Positions 18,729-28,712 of a DNA stretch of 64,000 bases are shown piece after piece. The stretch lies in assembly GCA_963727485.1 (NCBI GenBank), contig CAVSGM010000001.1, positions 128,001 to 192,000 of the forward strand, in the 5' to 3' direction. The position numbers and the translations under genes were made by a program. The DNA comes from an uncultured delta proteobacterium (GTDB lineage: Bacteria; Myxococcota; Myxococcia; SLRQ01). A model generated the notes under the pieces. That model did no database searches, was not told the DNA's origin, and saw nothing but the letters and a program-made list of their open reading frames with translations. The stretch's first letter is position 1; every line of letters begins with the position of its first letter.

Positions 18729-19666
18729 GGGGCGGCAGGCTCGGGCTCGCGGTCGCCGAGGAGGGCCCGGGCGAGGTCGACGGGCGCGGCCATCCCCGCC
18801 TCCAGGGACTCCTCCAGGGTGAGCAGCGGCAGGGAGAGCTCGTGGCCCAGGCGCTTCAGCGCGGCCCGGCCGGCGTCGATGCGCTCGAGGGTCCGGGCGC
18901 CCAGGTGGGGCCCATGCTCGGCGAGGAAGCGATCGACCAGGTGGCGCTCCTCGCCCACGAAGGGATCGGCGGCGACCCGGTTGACCACCAGCCCGGCCAC
19001 CGGGAGGTCGGCGTCGAGGAGGCCCCGGGTGAGCTCGATGGACTCGCTCACCGGGAGCTGCTCCGGGAGGGTGACCACCACCGCGGCGGTGCGCTCGGGA
19101 TCGGTGACCAGCGCCAGGCCCTCGCGCAGCGCCTTCCCCACCGGCCCGCCGGGGACCATCTTGAGGAGCGCCGCGGGGAAGCGGGCGAAGGCCAGGGCGT
19201 GGCCGGTGGCGGGGAGGTCGACGATGAGCAGCTCGTGCTCGGGGGTGCCGTCCCGGCGCGCTTGCCGGACCAGGTCGAGGAAGCGGTAGAGGACGCCCAT
19301 CTCGGCGAAGGTCGGCGCCGCCAGGAGGAACGCCCGGATGGCCTTGGCGCGCAGGGCCGCGCTGACCAGGAGCCGCGCCTTGAGGGTGTCCTCGAGGAAG
19401 CGCCGATGGCCGGCGGTGGGGGTGAGCAGGACGAACTGGATCCCCTCGGTGATGCGCATGGGCTCCGGCCCCACCGGCCCCTCGTAGCCCAGCGCCCGGG
19501 CCAGCGGCGAGTCGGTCTCGCCCTCGGCGGCGACCTCGGCGCACAGCACCCGCTTGCCCTGGCTGGCCGCGGCCCGGGCGAGGGTGGCCGAGAGGGTGGT
19601 CTTGCCCACGCCGCCCTTGCCGGTGACCAGGACGGCGCGCTTGTCGAAGAGCTCCGAGAGCTTCAC
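18725..19666 (-). CDS. ArsA/Get3-family ATPase (BagA-like)
   Basis: 'TGKGGVGKTT', 'DLPATGHAL', 'VTLPEQLPVSE'; 4-nt overlaps with both neighbours. Confidence 0.88.
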   Translation of the reverse strand: MKLSELFDKRAVLVTGKGGVGKTTLSATLARAAASQGKRVLCAEVAAEGETDSPLARALGYEGPVGPEPMRITEGIQFVLLTPTAGHRRFLEDTLKARLLVSAALRAKAIRAFLLAAPTFAEMGVLYRFLDLVRQARRDGTPEHELLIVDLPATGHALAFARFPAALLKMVPGGPVGKALREGLALVTDPERTAAVVVTLPEQLPVSESIELTRGLLDADLPVAGLVVNRVAADPFVGEERHLVDRFLAEHGPHLGARTLERIDAGRAALKRLGHELSLPLLTLEESLEAGMAAPVDLARALLGDREPEPAAP

Positions 19667-20147
19667 TGGTTGGCGACCTGCTGCTCCACGTCGTGGATCA
19701 TCGCCAGGACCCGGGCGTTGGCGGCGAGGATCGCCTTGGCGGCGTCGGGGCAGCGGTTGGCGAACGCCCGAGCGAGCTTCCCCTCGGGCCCCGCGAGGGC
19801 CTGGCTCTCGCTCAGATCTTCCCCATCTCGGGCCGCGCAAGCTTCACCGCCCGGGTCACGTCCTCGGGGGTGATATTGGCCAGCAGCTTCTTGAGCTCGG
19901 TGGTCTTGGGCTCGAGGGTCTTGCCCTGGGCGTCCACGAAGGACACCACCGAGCGCTTCGCGTCGGCGCAGGCGGGCTTCGGGGCCAGCCGCTTCTGGAT
20001 GCCCTGGATGATGGTGAGCTGGGCCTGGGACACGGCCACCATGAGGTCGGCGGTGCGCTTCGCCTTGTCGGGGGCGTGGTGGCAGCCGGCCAGCGAGACG
20101 GTGGCGAGGACGAGGGCGACGGGGGCGATCCGGCGGCGGCGGGTCAT
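19663..20147 (-). CDS. Helical lipoprotein B (hypothetical), frameshift ~19815
   Basis: Lipobox LAGC; 'KPACADAKRSVV' and, after the shift, 'RCPDAAKAILAANAR', aligning with 20234-20707. Confidence 0.75.
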
Positions 20148-20233
20148 GTCCCCGAGCCTACCAGAGCCACCGTGACCCCGACCGCCATTCTGGGGACCCG
20201 GAGGGCGCGCGCGTGCCCGGCGCGCCGCGCGGG

Positions 20234-20707
20234 TCAACGGTGTCCGGTCTGCCCCTTCGCGGCCTGGATCATGTCCACGAAGCGCTGGTCCGCTGCCTGG
20301 ACGGCCTTGGCGGCGTCGGGGCACCGGTGCTCGAAGGCGAGGAACCGCTGCCGCGCCGGTCCCGAGAGGTCGTGCATCTGCGTGCGGACCTTCTGGAGCA
20401 CGGGCCCCGCGAGCTTGCCCGCGTGGAAGGACTCCCGGTCGGTGAGGCTGGCGAGCAGCCCCCCGAGCTCCCGGGTGCTGGGCTCCAGCGCCTTGCGCTG
20501 GGCGTCGATGTAGGCGACCACCGAGCGTCTGGCGTCGTCGCAGGCGGGCCTCTTGGCGAGCCGCGCCTGGGTCCCCTTCAGCTCCGTGAGCTCGGCGTTG
20601 GCCACGGCCCCCAGAAGGTGGGCCACGCGCTTGGGCTTGCTCCGGTGGCAGCCGGCGGCGAAGACGAGGACCAGGGCGAGGGGCACGAGGAGACCGGGAC
20701 GGGACAT
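20234..20707 (-). CDS. Helical lipoprotein A (hypothetical), paralogue of 19663-20147
   Basis: Lipobox AAGC; 'RPACDDARRSVV', 'RCPDAAKAVQAADQR'. Confidence 0.8.
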   Translation of the reverse strand: MSRPGLLVPLALVLVFAAGCHRSKPKRVAHLLGAVANAELTELKGTQARLAKRPACDDARRSVVAYIDAQRKALEPSTRELGGLLASLTDRESFHAGKLAGPVLQKVRTQMHDLSGPARQRFLAFEHRCPDAAKAVQAADQRFVDMIQAAKGQTGHR

Positions 20708-20904
20708 GGGGGGATCGTAGCAGAGCCGGCGCCGGTCCCCCCTCGGACTCCGTGACCGGCACGCACTCCGAGTCCAAGGTCGCTCCGGTGGCGGCCGGCC
20801 GGGGCACCCTCCGCCTCACGCACGCCTGGACCCGCCAGGGTCTGGCGCCCCCTTACCATCCCCCCCCGGGTCCCGCTGAACCCTTGCTCAGCGTCCCTCG
20901 CCCA

Positions 20905-20930
20905 TGACACGATTCCGTCACGGTTCCGTG
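20905..20930 (+). promoter_or_regulatory. Pho-box/OmpR-like 11-bp direct repeat upstream of the glucosyltransferase
   Basis: GACACGATTCC-GTCACGGTTCC at 20906-20927, period 11. Confidence 0.45.
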
Positions 20931-20971
20931 CGCCGGGGGCCACCTACGCTTGACCATCGTGGGGTCACGCC

Positions 20972-22153
20972 ATGACCTTCCACCAGCTCATACTCGCCGT
21001 CGCCGTCTTCTCGGTCGGCGTCCACGTCCTGATGATGGCCAGCTTCCTGTGGCTGACCTGGCGCGCGAAGCGTGAGCCAGCGCGGCCGGCGGCCCTGGGA
21101 CGGGTGTCGATCCTCAAGCCGCTGGCCGGCGCCGACGAAGACCTCGAGGCGAACCTCGAGTCCTTCGCCCACCTCGAGGGCGCCGACTACGAGGTCCTCC
21201 TCGGCGTCGCCAGCCTCGACGACCCGGCGGTCCCCCTGGCCCGGCGCTTCCTCCTGCGCCACCCGACCCTCCACGCGCGCCTGGTCCTCACCGACCCCGG
21301 CGCCGCCCTGAACCCCAAGGTGGCCCAGCTCCTGGCGCTTCAAGAGGCGGCGGTGGGCGAGGTCTTCGTGATCTCCGACTCCAACGTCCGGGTGCCGCCC
21401 GACTACCTCATGCAACTGATGGGCGAGCTCGCCCGCCCCGGCGTGGGCCTGGTCTCCAGCGTCCTCGCGGGCACCGGCGAGACCACCTTCGCCGCCGCGG
21501 TGGAGAACCTCTTCATCGCCACCCACGTCGCCCCCGGCGTGGTCTCCGCCGCCCGGGTCGCCGGCCGCCCCATCAGCATGGGCAAGTCCATGGCCATGCG
21601 CCGGGTGGACCTCGCCCGCACCGGCGGCTTCGAGGCGGTGGCGAATCTTCTCGCCGAGGACCACGCCCTGGGCCGCCGCTTCCACGCCTGCGGCATGGGC
21701 GTGCGGGTGTGCCTCAAGCCGGTGGAGAACCGCAACGTCACCGGGAAGCTCAGCCGCACCCTCGATCGCCACACCCGCTGGGCCCAGATCCGAAGGACCA
21801 TGGCCCCCACCGGGCTCTTCTTCGAGCCGCTTCTGATGCCGGCGCTGGTGGTGCCGCTGCTGGCGTTCCTCTCGCCGTCCCGGCCGCTGGCCTGGCTGGC
21901 CCTGGGGTCGGTGGTGGTCCGAATCCTCGACGCCCAGCTCTCGCTCAAGGTCCTCCGGGGCCGGGCCCAGCCCCTGAAGCTCTGGCCCCTGGAGCTTCTG
22001 CGCAGCCTGATGATGGCGTGGTGCTGGGTGCGGGCCTGGTCGACCCTGCGGGTCGAGTGGCGCGGCCACCAGCTGCGCATCGGGAAGGACACGCTGCTCC
22101 TGCCCGCCGGCCCCCGGACCCTCGACCGGGTCCTGGCCCTCGTCCGCGGCTAG
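20972..22153 (+). CDS. Ceramide glucosyltransferase-like / HpnI-like GT2 (GT21) glycosyltransferase
   Basis: 'VSILKPLAG', 'NPKV', 'ISDSN', 'GKSMAMR', 'LAEDH', 'RW', C-terminal TMs and 'VEWRG'. Confidence 0.88.
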   Translation: MTFHQLILAVAVFSVGVHVLMMASFLWLTWRAKREPARPAALGRVSILKPLAGADEDLEANLESFAHLEGADYEVLLGVASLDDPAVPLARRFLLRHPTLHARLVLTDPGAALNPKVAQLLALQEAAVGEVFVISDSNVRVPPDYLMQLMGELARPGVGLVSSVLAGTGETTFAAAVENLFIATHVAPGVVSAARVAGRPISMGKSMAMRRVDLARTGGFEAVANLLAEDHALGRRFHACGMGVRVCLKPVENRNVTGKLSRTLDRHTRWAQIRRTMAPTGLFFEPLLMPALVVPLLAFLSPSRPLAWLALGSVVVRILDAQLSLKVLRGRAQPLKLWPLELLRSLMMAWCWVRAWSTLRVEWRGHQLRIGKDTLLLPAGPRTLDRVLALVRG

Positions 22154-22169
22154 GGCGCGGCCGGCGGCC

Positions 22170-22401
22170 TCAGGCGCCGCCGCGGCCGACGGTCCACAGC
22201 ACCCCCCGGGCGATGAGCAGCGCCCAGGGCGTGCCGTGCATCACCAGGTCGAACCAGTCGATGGGCCTCACCAGCTTCCCGGTGAAGAGCATCCGCAGCT
22301 TCTCCACCACGTGGGGCTCGGGGAAGAAGGGCGCCAGGCCCAGGGTGAGGCAGGCGACGAGGAGGAGCCCCCAGGGGAGTGATTCGAATCCAGGCAGTCA
22401 C
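22170..22401 (-). CDS. Small conserved membrane protein (LGLAPF.PEPH..EKL family), frameshift ~22389
   Basis: Reads 'LPWGLLLVACLTLGLAPFFPEPHVVEKLRMLFTGKLVRPIDWFDLVMHGTPW'; absent from the ORF track because of a 1-nt shift after GTG 22401. Confidence 0.75.
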
Positions 22402-22403
22402 CG

Positions 22404-24527
22404 CTATCTCCTAAGCAGCCAGCCCTCGGCGACCAGCGCCAGGACCGCGAGGACGAGGAACCAGGTCCACAGGGGCCGGCTGCCGTCGGGGCCGTCGCCC
22501 CCCTCGAGGCCCGCGAGCGCCGGCGCCGGAGCCACCGCCTTCCCCCCGAGGTGGGCCACCAGGTCGGCCATCGGCAGCCGCGAGGTGTCCGACTCCCGGG
22601 GGTCGGTGATCACCACGAAGCCGTCCTCGGGGACCGGCTCCAGGGCGCCTCCGGCGTGGCGGCGCACCAGGACCTGGTAGAGGCCCGGGCGCGTGGTGTG
22701 GTCATAGGTGAGGGCCTTCGCCTCGAGCGCCTGGCCCTTGAACCCGGTCTCGTGGCCGGCGGGATCGCGCACCACCACCTCGGTGACCGCGGCTGGGACC
22801 TTGAGGGTGGCCCGCTGCCCCACCATCAGGGTGGTGTCCCGGCGCTCGTCGAGGCTCCGGGCGAGGAAGCCGGCGACCTGCTGCATCATCGGCAGGAAGG
22901 CGGTGCGGATGGGCAGGTCGGTCCAGGCCCGGTCCACGGTGCTGGTGTAGAGGATGACGCGGCCGCGACCAAAGGGCCGGTAGAGCAGCGCCGGCGAGCC
23001 GTCCTCGTAGGTGGCGAGGATCTCGGTGTCCTTCGGGGGCGGGCGCACCATCAGGTACTTCTGGAACCGCGCCGAGGCGAAGCTCTCCCGGGCGTCGCCC
23101 ACGAAGACGCTGAAGATCGGGTGGTTCCAGCGCACCGCCGCCAGCGCCGTCTCCCCGCCGTCGGCGGCGCGCACCACGTGGAAGCGCGCCGGCAGGAGGT
23201 CGCCCAGCGCCTCGTTCCAGGCGTCGGGGTCGACGTTGTCCCCGGCCGAGACGAAGAGCCCCCCGCCCCCCTGGACGAAGCGCTGGAGCGCCGCGACCTT
23301 GGACGGGGGCACCGCGTGGACGTTGAGCAGGAGCACCAGGTCGTAGTCGGCGAGCTTGGTGGAGGCCAGAGCGTCGACGTCGACCACCGTGGGGCGGATG
23401 GCGCTGGCGCTCCCCCGGCCGGGCTGGAGGGCCCGCTCCACGAAGAACACCTCGTCCTGGTAGCGATCGACGCTGGGGGCCCCGTCGACCACCAGGGCCT
23501 TGAGGTCGCGCTTGACGTAGACGGTGAACGGCCGGCTGTCGTCGGCGGGGAGCCGGTCACCGTCGAGCTTCACCGCCCCGGCGACGTCGCCCCCCCGGCC
23601 GAAGTCGTGGGAGAGGGTCTTGCGGGCGGTGCCGTCGCGGGTGAGATCCACGAAGCCCCGGGAGAGGACCTTGCCCGAGGCGTCGAGGGTCGCCGAGAGG
23701 TTGGTGGCCGAGGCGCCGCCGCTCGCCCGCACCGTGAAGGCGAAGGAGTACCCCTTGGGCCCCAGGGCGAAGGCGGGCTCCACCTCGAGGCTGTCGATCC
23801 ACCGGTTGGGCAGGGGCTGGCCGTCGGCGGCGTCCACCACCTCCACCGCGGGCTTCACCGGGCCCTTGGGGGTGGTGACCCGCGGCGGCGGGGTGTCGAG
23901 GCGCCAGCCGCTGGCGGTGAGGTCGGTGACCACCACCAGGCGCTTGCCCGAGAGCGGCGAGCCCGAGAGCACCCGGGTCGCCGCGCCAACGCAGGCGTCC
24001 ATGTCCGTGCTCTGGAAGGTGAGGGATGCCTGGCGGATGTTGGCCCGCGCCCCGGCGAGGTCGTAGGTGGCCTGGGGGATCGGCCGGTGCCAGCCGTCGG
24101 CGCAGGGGAGCACCGCCACGGTGTCCTCGGGGGAGAGGTCCGAGACCAGGCGCAGGGCCTTCTGCTTCCCCCGGTCGAGGAGGGTCCGGTTGCCGAGGCG
24201 GTAGCCCATGGACATCGAGGTGTCGAGGACCACCGCCACCGCCGTGGGCCCATGGGTGGCCGCCTGGGCCACCTGCCCCTTGGGCGCGAGGAACGGCCGC
24301 GCCAGGGCCAGGGGCACCACCAGGCACAGGAGGGTGCGCAGGAGCAGGAGCAGCAGCCGGCGCAGCCGGAGCTTGCGGGCGTTTCGCTGCTGGGAGCGGA
24401 GCACCAGGGCGATGGCGGCGAACTGAACCGTCCGGGCCCGGCGCCGGTTGATGAGGTGGATGACGATCGGCACCGCGGCCAGCGCGGTGCCGAAGAGGAA
24501 CGCCGGGTGGAGGAACCCCAGCGACAC
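22404..24527 (-). CDS. BatA N-terminal + vWA domain membrane protein
   Basis: 'FLHPAFL..A.VPIVIHLINRRR...F', MIDAS 'DTSMSM', GATase-like 'FVQGGGGL', C-terminal TM 'LWTWFL'. Confidence 0.88.
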   Translation of the reverse strand: MSLGFLHPAFLFGTALAAVPIVIHLINRRRARTVQFAAIALVLRSQQRNARKLRLRRLLLLLLRTLLCLVVPLALARPFLAPKGQVAQAATHGPTAVAVVLDTSMSMGYRLGNRTLLDRGKQKALRLVSDLSPEDTVAVLPCADGWHRPIPQATYDLAGARANIRQASLTFQSTDMDACVGAATRVLSGSPLSGKRLVVVTDLTASGWRLDTPPPRVTTPKGPVKPAVEVVDAADGQPLPNRWIDSLEVEPAFALGPKGYSFAFTVRASGGASATNLSATLDASGKVLSRGFVDLTRDGTARKTLSHDFGRGGDVAGAVKLDGDRLPADDSRPFTVYVKRDLKALVVDGAPSVDRYQDEVFFVERALQPGRGSASAIRPTVVDVDALASTKLADYDLVLLLNVHAVPPSKVAALQRFVQGGGGLFVSAGDNVDPDAWNEALGDLLPARFHVVRAADGGETALAAVRWNHPIFSVFVGDARESFASARFQKYLMVRPPPKDTEILATYEDGSPALLYRPFGRGRVILYTSTVDRAWTDLPIRTAFLPMMQQVAGFLARSLDERRDTTLMVGQRATLKVPAAVTEVVVRDPAGHETGFKGQALEAKALTYDHTTRPGLYQVLVRRHAGGALEPVPEDGFVVITDPRESDTSRLPMADLVAHLGGKAVAPAPALAGLEGGDGPDGSRPLWTWFLVLAVLALVAEGWLLRR

Positions 24528-25460
24528 CTAGCGCCTCCCCCCGGCGGCCCGCCGGGCCAGGATTCCCACCAGCGCCTTGTCGTAGGGGGTGTCGGTGATC
24601 ACCTGCTCGTACTGCACGTCGGCCTCGCGCAGGGACTGCCGGGCGTGGTCGACGAAGCGCGCCACCTCCTCCCGGTAGCTCTCGCGGATCTGCAGGGGGT
24701 CGACCTGGAGGCGCCTGTCGTCCTCCATTCCCACGAAGAGGCTCGGGTCCTCGAAGGGGAACTCGAGCTCGGCGCGGTCGAGGAGGTGGACCACCATCAC
24801 GTCGTGCTTGCGCGCCCGCAGCCGGCGGATGGCCGAGAGGGTGGCGTCGTCGGGGTCGAGGAGGTCGGTGAACACGATGACCATCGCCCGGCGCCGCGCC
24901 CGCTCGGAGAGGAAGTCGACCGCCTTGGGCAGCGCGGTCTCGCCCTCGCCCCGGGCCCGCTCCAGGCACTGGAGCACCTCGTGGAGGTGGGCCGCCGACG
25001 AGCGCGCCGGGAGGTACTCGCGCACCCCACCGCCGTAGACCACCGTGCCCACCGCGTCGCTCTGGTTCACCAGCAGGTAGGCGAGCGACGCTGCCAGCAC
25101 CCGCGCGTACTCGAGCTTGTCCACCCCGTCGTGGGCGTAGGCCATGGACCTGGAGGCGTCGACCAGGAGGAAGGCCCGGAGGTTGGTCTCCTGCTCGTAC
25201 TGCTTGACGTAGTACTTGTCGAACTTGCCGTAGGCCTTCCAGTCGATGTGCCGGATCTCGTCGCCGGGGGCGTACTCCTTGTGCTCGGCGAACTCGATGG
25301 ACTGGCCGTGGTGGGGGCTCTTGTGGAGCCCCGAGAGCACCCCCTCGACCACCTGCCGGGCCTTGAGGTGCAGGGCCCCGAGCCGGGCCACCACCTCGGG
25401 TCGGAGGAGCGCGTCGCCCGCCGGACGGGGCGCCGGGGTGCTGCCGCCAGAGGCGCTCAT
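24528..25460 (-). CDS. DUF58 (vWA-like) protein
   Basis: 'GLHKS..HGQSIEFAEHKEYAPGDEIRHIDWK', 'DASRSM'. Confidence 0.93.
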   Translation of the reverse strand: MSASGGSTPAPRPAGDALLRPEVVARLGALHLKARQVVEGVLSGLHKSPHHGQSIEFAEHKEYAPGDEIRHIDWKAYGKFDKYYVKQYEQETNLRAFLLVDASRSMAYAHDGVDKLEYARVLAASLAYLLVNQSDAVGTVVYGGGVREYLPARSSAAHLHEVLQCLERARGEGETALPKAVDFLSERARRRAMVIVFTDLLDPDDATLSAIRRLRARKHDVMVVHLLDRAELEFPFEDPSLFVGMEDDRRLQVDPLQIRESYREEVARFVDHARQSLREADVQYEQVITDTPYDKALVGILARRAAGGRR

Positions 25461-25464
25461 GGGC

Positions 25465-26484
25465 TCAAGGCCGGACGGTCTCGAGGAGCCGGGCGACCAG
25501 GTCCTTGGAGCTGACGCCCTCGGCCTCGGCGTGGAAGCTGGTGATCAGGCGGTGCTGGAGCACCGGCCTGGCCAGCGCCCGCACGTCGTCGATCTCCACC
25601 GCGGTGCGTCCGTGGAGGATCGCCCGGGCCTTGCCCGCGAGGATGAGGTACTGGCTGGCCCGGGGCCCGGCGCCCCAGGCGAGGAACTGGTTCACGTAGT
25701 CCGGGGCGCCCTCGGTCTTGGGCCGCGAGCGCCGCACCAGCTCCACCGCGTAGCGCACCACGTGGTCGGCGGCGGGGACCCGGAGCACCAGGTCCTGGTA
25801 CTCGACGATGTCCTGGGGCTCGAGGACCTTGGAGAGCACCGCCGACAGGGGCCCGGTGGTGCTCTTCACGATCTGCGCCTCCTCGTCCGCCGAGGGGTAG
25901 TCCACGTCGATCATGAACATGAACCGGTCGAGCTGCGCCTCGGGGAGCGGGTAGGTGCCCTCCTGCTCCACCGGGTTCTGGGTGGCGAAGACCAGGAACG
26001 GCGGCTCGAGATCATAGGTGTGCCCGCCGGCGGTGATCTTGCGCTCCTGCATCGCCTGGAGCAGCGCCGCCTGGGTCTTGGGCGGGGTCCGGTTGATCTC
26101 GTCGGCGAGGATGATGTGGGCGAAGAGCGGGCCCTTGACGAAGCGGAACACCCGGCGGCCGGTGGTGTGGTCCTCCTCGAGGACGTCGGTGCCGGTGATG
26201 TCCGAGGGCATCAGGTCGGGGGTGAACTGGATCCGGTTGAACGAGAGGTCCAGCGCCTCGGCCAGGGTCGAGATCAGGAGGGTCTTGGCCAGCCCCGGGA
26301 CGCCCACGAAGAGGCCGTGGCCCCGGGCGAAGAGCGCGATCAGGAGGTGCTCCACCACCTCCTGCTGGCCCACGATCCGCTTGCCGATCTCCGAGAGGAT
26401 CCGGGCGCGCGCCTCGGAGAGACGGGCGACCTTCTCCACGTCGTCGGGGGCGGCGGCGGGGGCAGGGGCGTCGGGCATCGTCAT
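25465..26484 (-). CDS. moxR: MoxR-family AAA+ ATPase
   Basis: 'GVPGLAKT', '[12 protein letters not shown]', '[16 protein letters not shown]', '[22 protein letters not shown]'. Confidence 0.95.
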   Translation of the reverse strand: MTMPDAPAPAAAPDDVEKVARLSEARARILSEIGKRIVGQQEVVEHLLIALFARGHGLFVGVPGLAKTLLISTLAEALDLSFNRIQFTPDLMPSDITGTDVLEEDHTTGRRVFRFVKGPLFAHIILADEINRTPPKTQAALLQAMQERKITAGGHTYDLEPPFLVFATQNPVEQEGTYPLPEAQLDRFMFMIDVDYPSADEEAQIVKSTTGPLSAVLSKVLEPQDIVEYQDLVLRVPAADHVVRYAVELVRRSRPKTEGAPDYVNQFLAWGAGPRASQYLILAGKARAILHGRTAVEIDDVRALARPVLQHRLITSFHAEAEGVSSKDLVARLLETVRP

Positions 26485-26636
26485 TCGGTCACCTCCGGGG
26501 CGCAACGGCGCGCTCTGGGAGCCTATTCCACTCCCCGGGGGCGTTGGAAGGCACGGCCGACGCCCCGGATTCCCGGGAGATCCCGCAACTTGGGGGCTTG
26601 ACCCGGGGTGGGTGGATGTCGTACCTCTCCCCACCC

Positions 26637-27071
26637 ATGGCCGGTCGACTCACCCAGCTCCTCGAAGCCCTCCCCACCCGCGGCACCGTCCACCTCCGGG
26701 TGCGCCTGCCCCGGAAGGCCGTCGCCGCCGGCGACGCCATCGCCGCCACCCTCATCCTCCGGGCCGAGGGCCGCGGGGGCCGGGTCAAGGGGCTCACCCT
26801 GCGCCTCGAGCGCCACGACTGGGACGGGGCCCACGCCGTGGCCACCACCGAGGGCGGCCTCAACTTCCTGGTGCGCCCCGGGGTCGAGGTGACCTACCCG
26901 GTGGCGGTGCCCGTCGACGCCGACGCGGTGCCCTCGGGGACCCGCTCCCACTACGCCCTGGTGGCCGAGGGCCGGGTGGGCTTCCGGCAGGTCCGCACCG
27001 AGACCCGGGTGGTGGTCCTCCCGGTGCCCGAGGAGGATCCCGACGAGATCCTCCGCCGCGGCGTCGCCTGA
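26637..27071 (+). CDS. Hypothetical beta-sandwich protein (arrestin/SpoOM-like)
   Basis: Alternating beta-strand pattern ('[11 protein letters not shown]', '[12 protein letters not shown]', 'YALVAEG'); coding-like codon use. Confidence 0.55.
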   Translation: MAGRLTQLLEALPTRGTVHLRVRLPRKAVAAGDAIAATLILRAEGRGGRVKGLTLRLERHDWDGAHAVATTEGGLNFLVRPGVEVTYPVAVPVDADAVPSGTRSHYALVAEGRVGFRQVRTETRVVVLPVPEEDPDEILRRGVA

Positions 27072-27096
27072 TCCCGCGTCGTCCGGTGGGCCGTCC

Positions 27097-28554
27097 CTAG
27101 GCAGCGCGCCGCGCGCCCGGCGGCCGGGCCCCGAAGCGCAGGGCCAGGGCGTCGACCCGGTAGGCGAAGAGCCGCCGCAGGGCCCGGGCCACGAAGAGGC
27201 GGTGGACCAGGCGCCCGAGGGGACCGAGGGGCAGGGCGTACCAGACCCGGTCGGCCATCAGGCTCCCGCCGGCCCGGGGGTGGACCCGGTGCTCGTGGAG
27301 CCAGGTGCGGTAGGGCCCCGAGACCTGCTCGTCGGCGAAGCGGCGCCCGGGCTCCCACACCCGGATCGCCGCCTTCCAGCCGAGGCGCAGGGGGCCGACG
27401 CGGAGGTGGTAGCGGATGGTCGTGCCCACCCTCACCGGCCCGGCCGGCGCCTCGATGCGCAGGTCCATGTCCGCGGGGGTGAGCAGGCCCAGGTTCTCCG
27501 GCGCCGAGAGGAAGGCGAAGACCGTCTCCGCCGAGGCGGGCACCTCGCAGGTGGCCTCCAGGCGGTAGGTGGGGCGGCTGCCGGCCTGGGCCAGGGCCAC
27601 CGGGGCCCCGGCGGCGCCGACGGGTCGGATGGCCGGGATCTTGGCCGGGTCGAAGAGGGCGGCCAGCGCCCCCTCGAGGGCCGGGTACCGGAACTCGAAG
27701 CCCAGGGCGGTGAGCACCCCGGGGAAGGCCCGCTGGCCGGTGGTGATCGCCCGGGTGGCGTCGCCGAGGGCCAGGCGCTGGAGGAGGCCGGGCACGGGCA
27801 CCCACGCCGGGCGGTCGAGGGCCCGGGCCAGGGCCTGGGTGAAGGTGCGGCCGTCGACCGACTCCGGCGCCACCGCGTTCACCGGACCCCGGAGGCGCCG
27901 ATCGGTGAGGCAGCGGACGACGATCTCGGCCAGGTCGTGGAGGTGGATCCAGCTCACCGCCTGGGTCCCCCGGCCCAGGCGGCCGCCGAGGCCCGCGCGG
28001 AACCAGGGGGCCAGCCGGCCGATGACCCCGCCGTCGGTCCCCAGCACCAGCCCCAGGCGCAGGCGCACCGTCCGCACCCCGGCGGCCTCGGCGGCGACGG
28101 CGGCGTCCTCCCAGGCGCGCATCACCTGGGCCACCGGCCCGTCCCCCGGGGCCTCGGCCTCGGTGACCGCCGCGTCCCCGCGGTTGCCGTAGATGAACAC
28201 CGCGCTCGCCGACACCAGCACCCGCTCGCCCTTCGGCGCCGCCCCCAGGGCCTCGACCACCCGGCGGGTCGTCTCCACCCGGCTCTCCCGGAGGGCCCGG
28301 CGGTTCCGGGGGGCAAAGCCGCGGCCGAGGAGCGAGGCGCCGGCGAGGTTCACCACCCCGTCGCTCGCCGCCACCGCCGCGTTCAGGGCGGCCTGTCCCC
28401 CGCGGGCGTCGAGGAGCTCGACCTCGGCGCCGAGGCGGCTGCCGGCCCGGGCCGGGTCCCGGGTCCAGGCGACCACCCGGTGGCCGTCCCGGAGGAGGCG
28501 GGCGGTGACGGCGCGGCCCACGAGGCCCGTGGCGCCGGTGATGACGACCTGCAT
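27097..28554 (-). CDS. TIGR01777/YfcH-like epimerase-family oxidoreductase fused to an SRPBCC domain
   Basis: 'ITGATGLVG', 'VVNLAGA', 'SWIHLHD', 'GPVNAVAP'; C-terminal 'VFAF...PENL..LTP...F.DEQ..GPY..W.HEH'. Confidence 0.9.
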   Translation of the reverse strand: MQVVITGATGLVGRAVTARLLRDGHRVVAWTRDPARAGSRLGAEVELLDARGGQAALNAAVAASDGVVNLAGASLLGRGFAPRNRRALRESRVETTRRVVEALGAAPKGERVLVSASAVFIYGNRGDAAVTEAEAPGDGPVAQVMRAWEDAAVAAEAAGVRTVRLRLGLVLGTDGGVIGRLAPWFRAGLGGRLGRGTQAVSWIHLHDLAEIVVRCLTDRRLRGPVNAVAPESVDGRTFTQALARALDRPAWVPVPGLLQRLALGDATRAITTGQRAFPGVLTALGFEFRYPALEGALAALFDPAKIPAIRPVGAAGAPVALAQAGSRPTYRLEATCEVPASAETVFAFLSAPENLGLLTPADMDLRIEAPAGPVRVGTTIRYHLRVGPLRLGWKAAIRVWEPGRRFADEQVSGPYRTWLHEHRVHPRAGGSLMADRVWYALPLGPLGRLVHRLFVARALRRLFAYRVDALALRFGARPPGARRAA

Positions 28555-28712
28555 GATGTCCTTCCAATCGGCGATGTGCGGGCGTGGTTGAGGGGTGGCG
28601 CCCACCGGGCCGTCGCCGGGGCGCGGGCGCCAGCCGGGACACGATGGGGCCGCGGGCCGCCTCGCGAAAGGGGGGTGGCGGTCCCCGGATCCGGGGAGCA
28701 ACCTGACCCTCC

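Noticed and set aside
17598..19666. Arsenic resistance operon
   Set aside because: No arsB/acr3/arsC/arsR/arsD nearby; motifs match the BagAB/Get3-like tandem type
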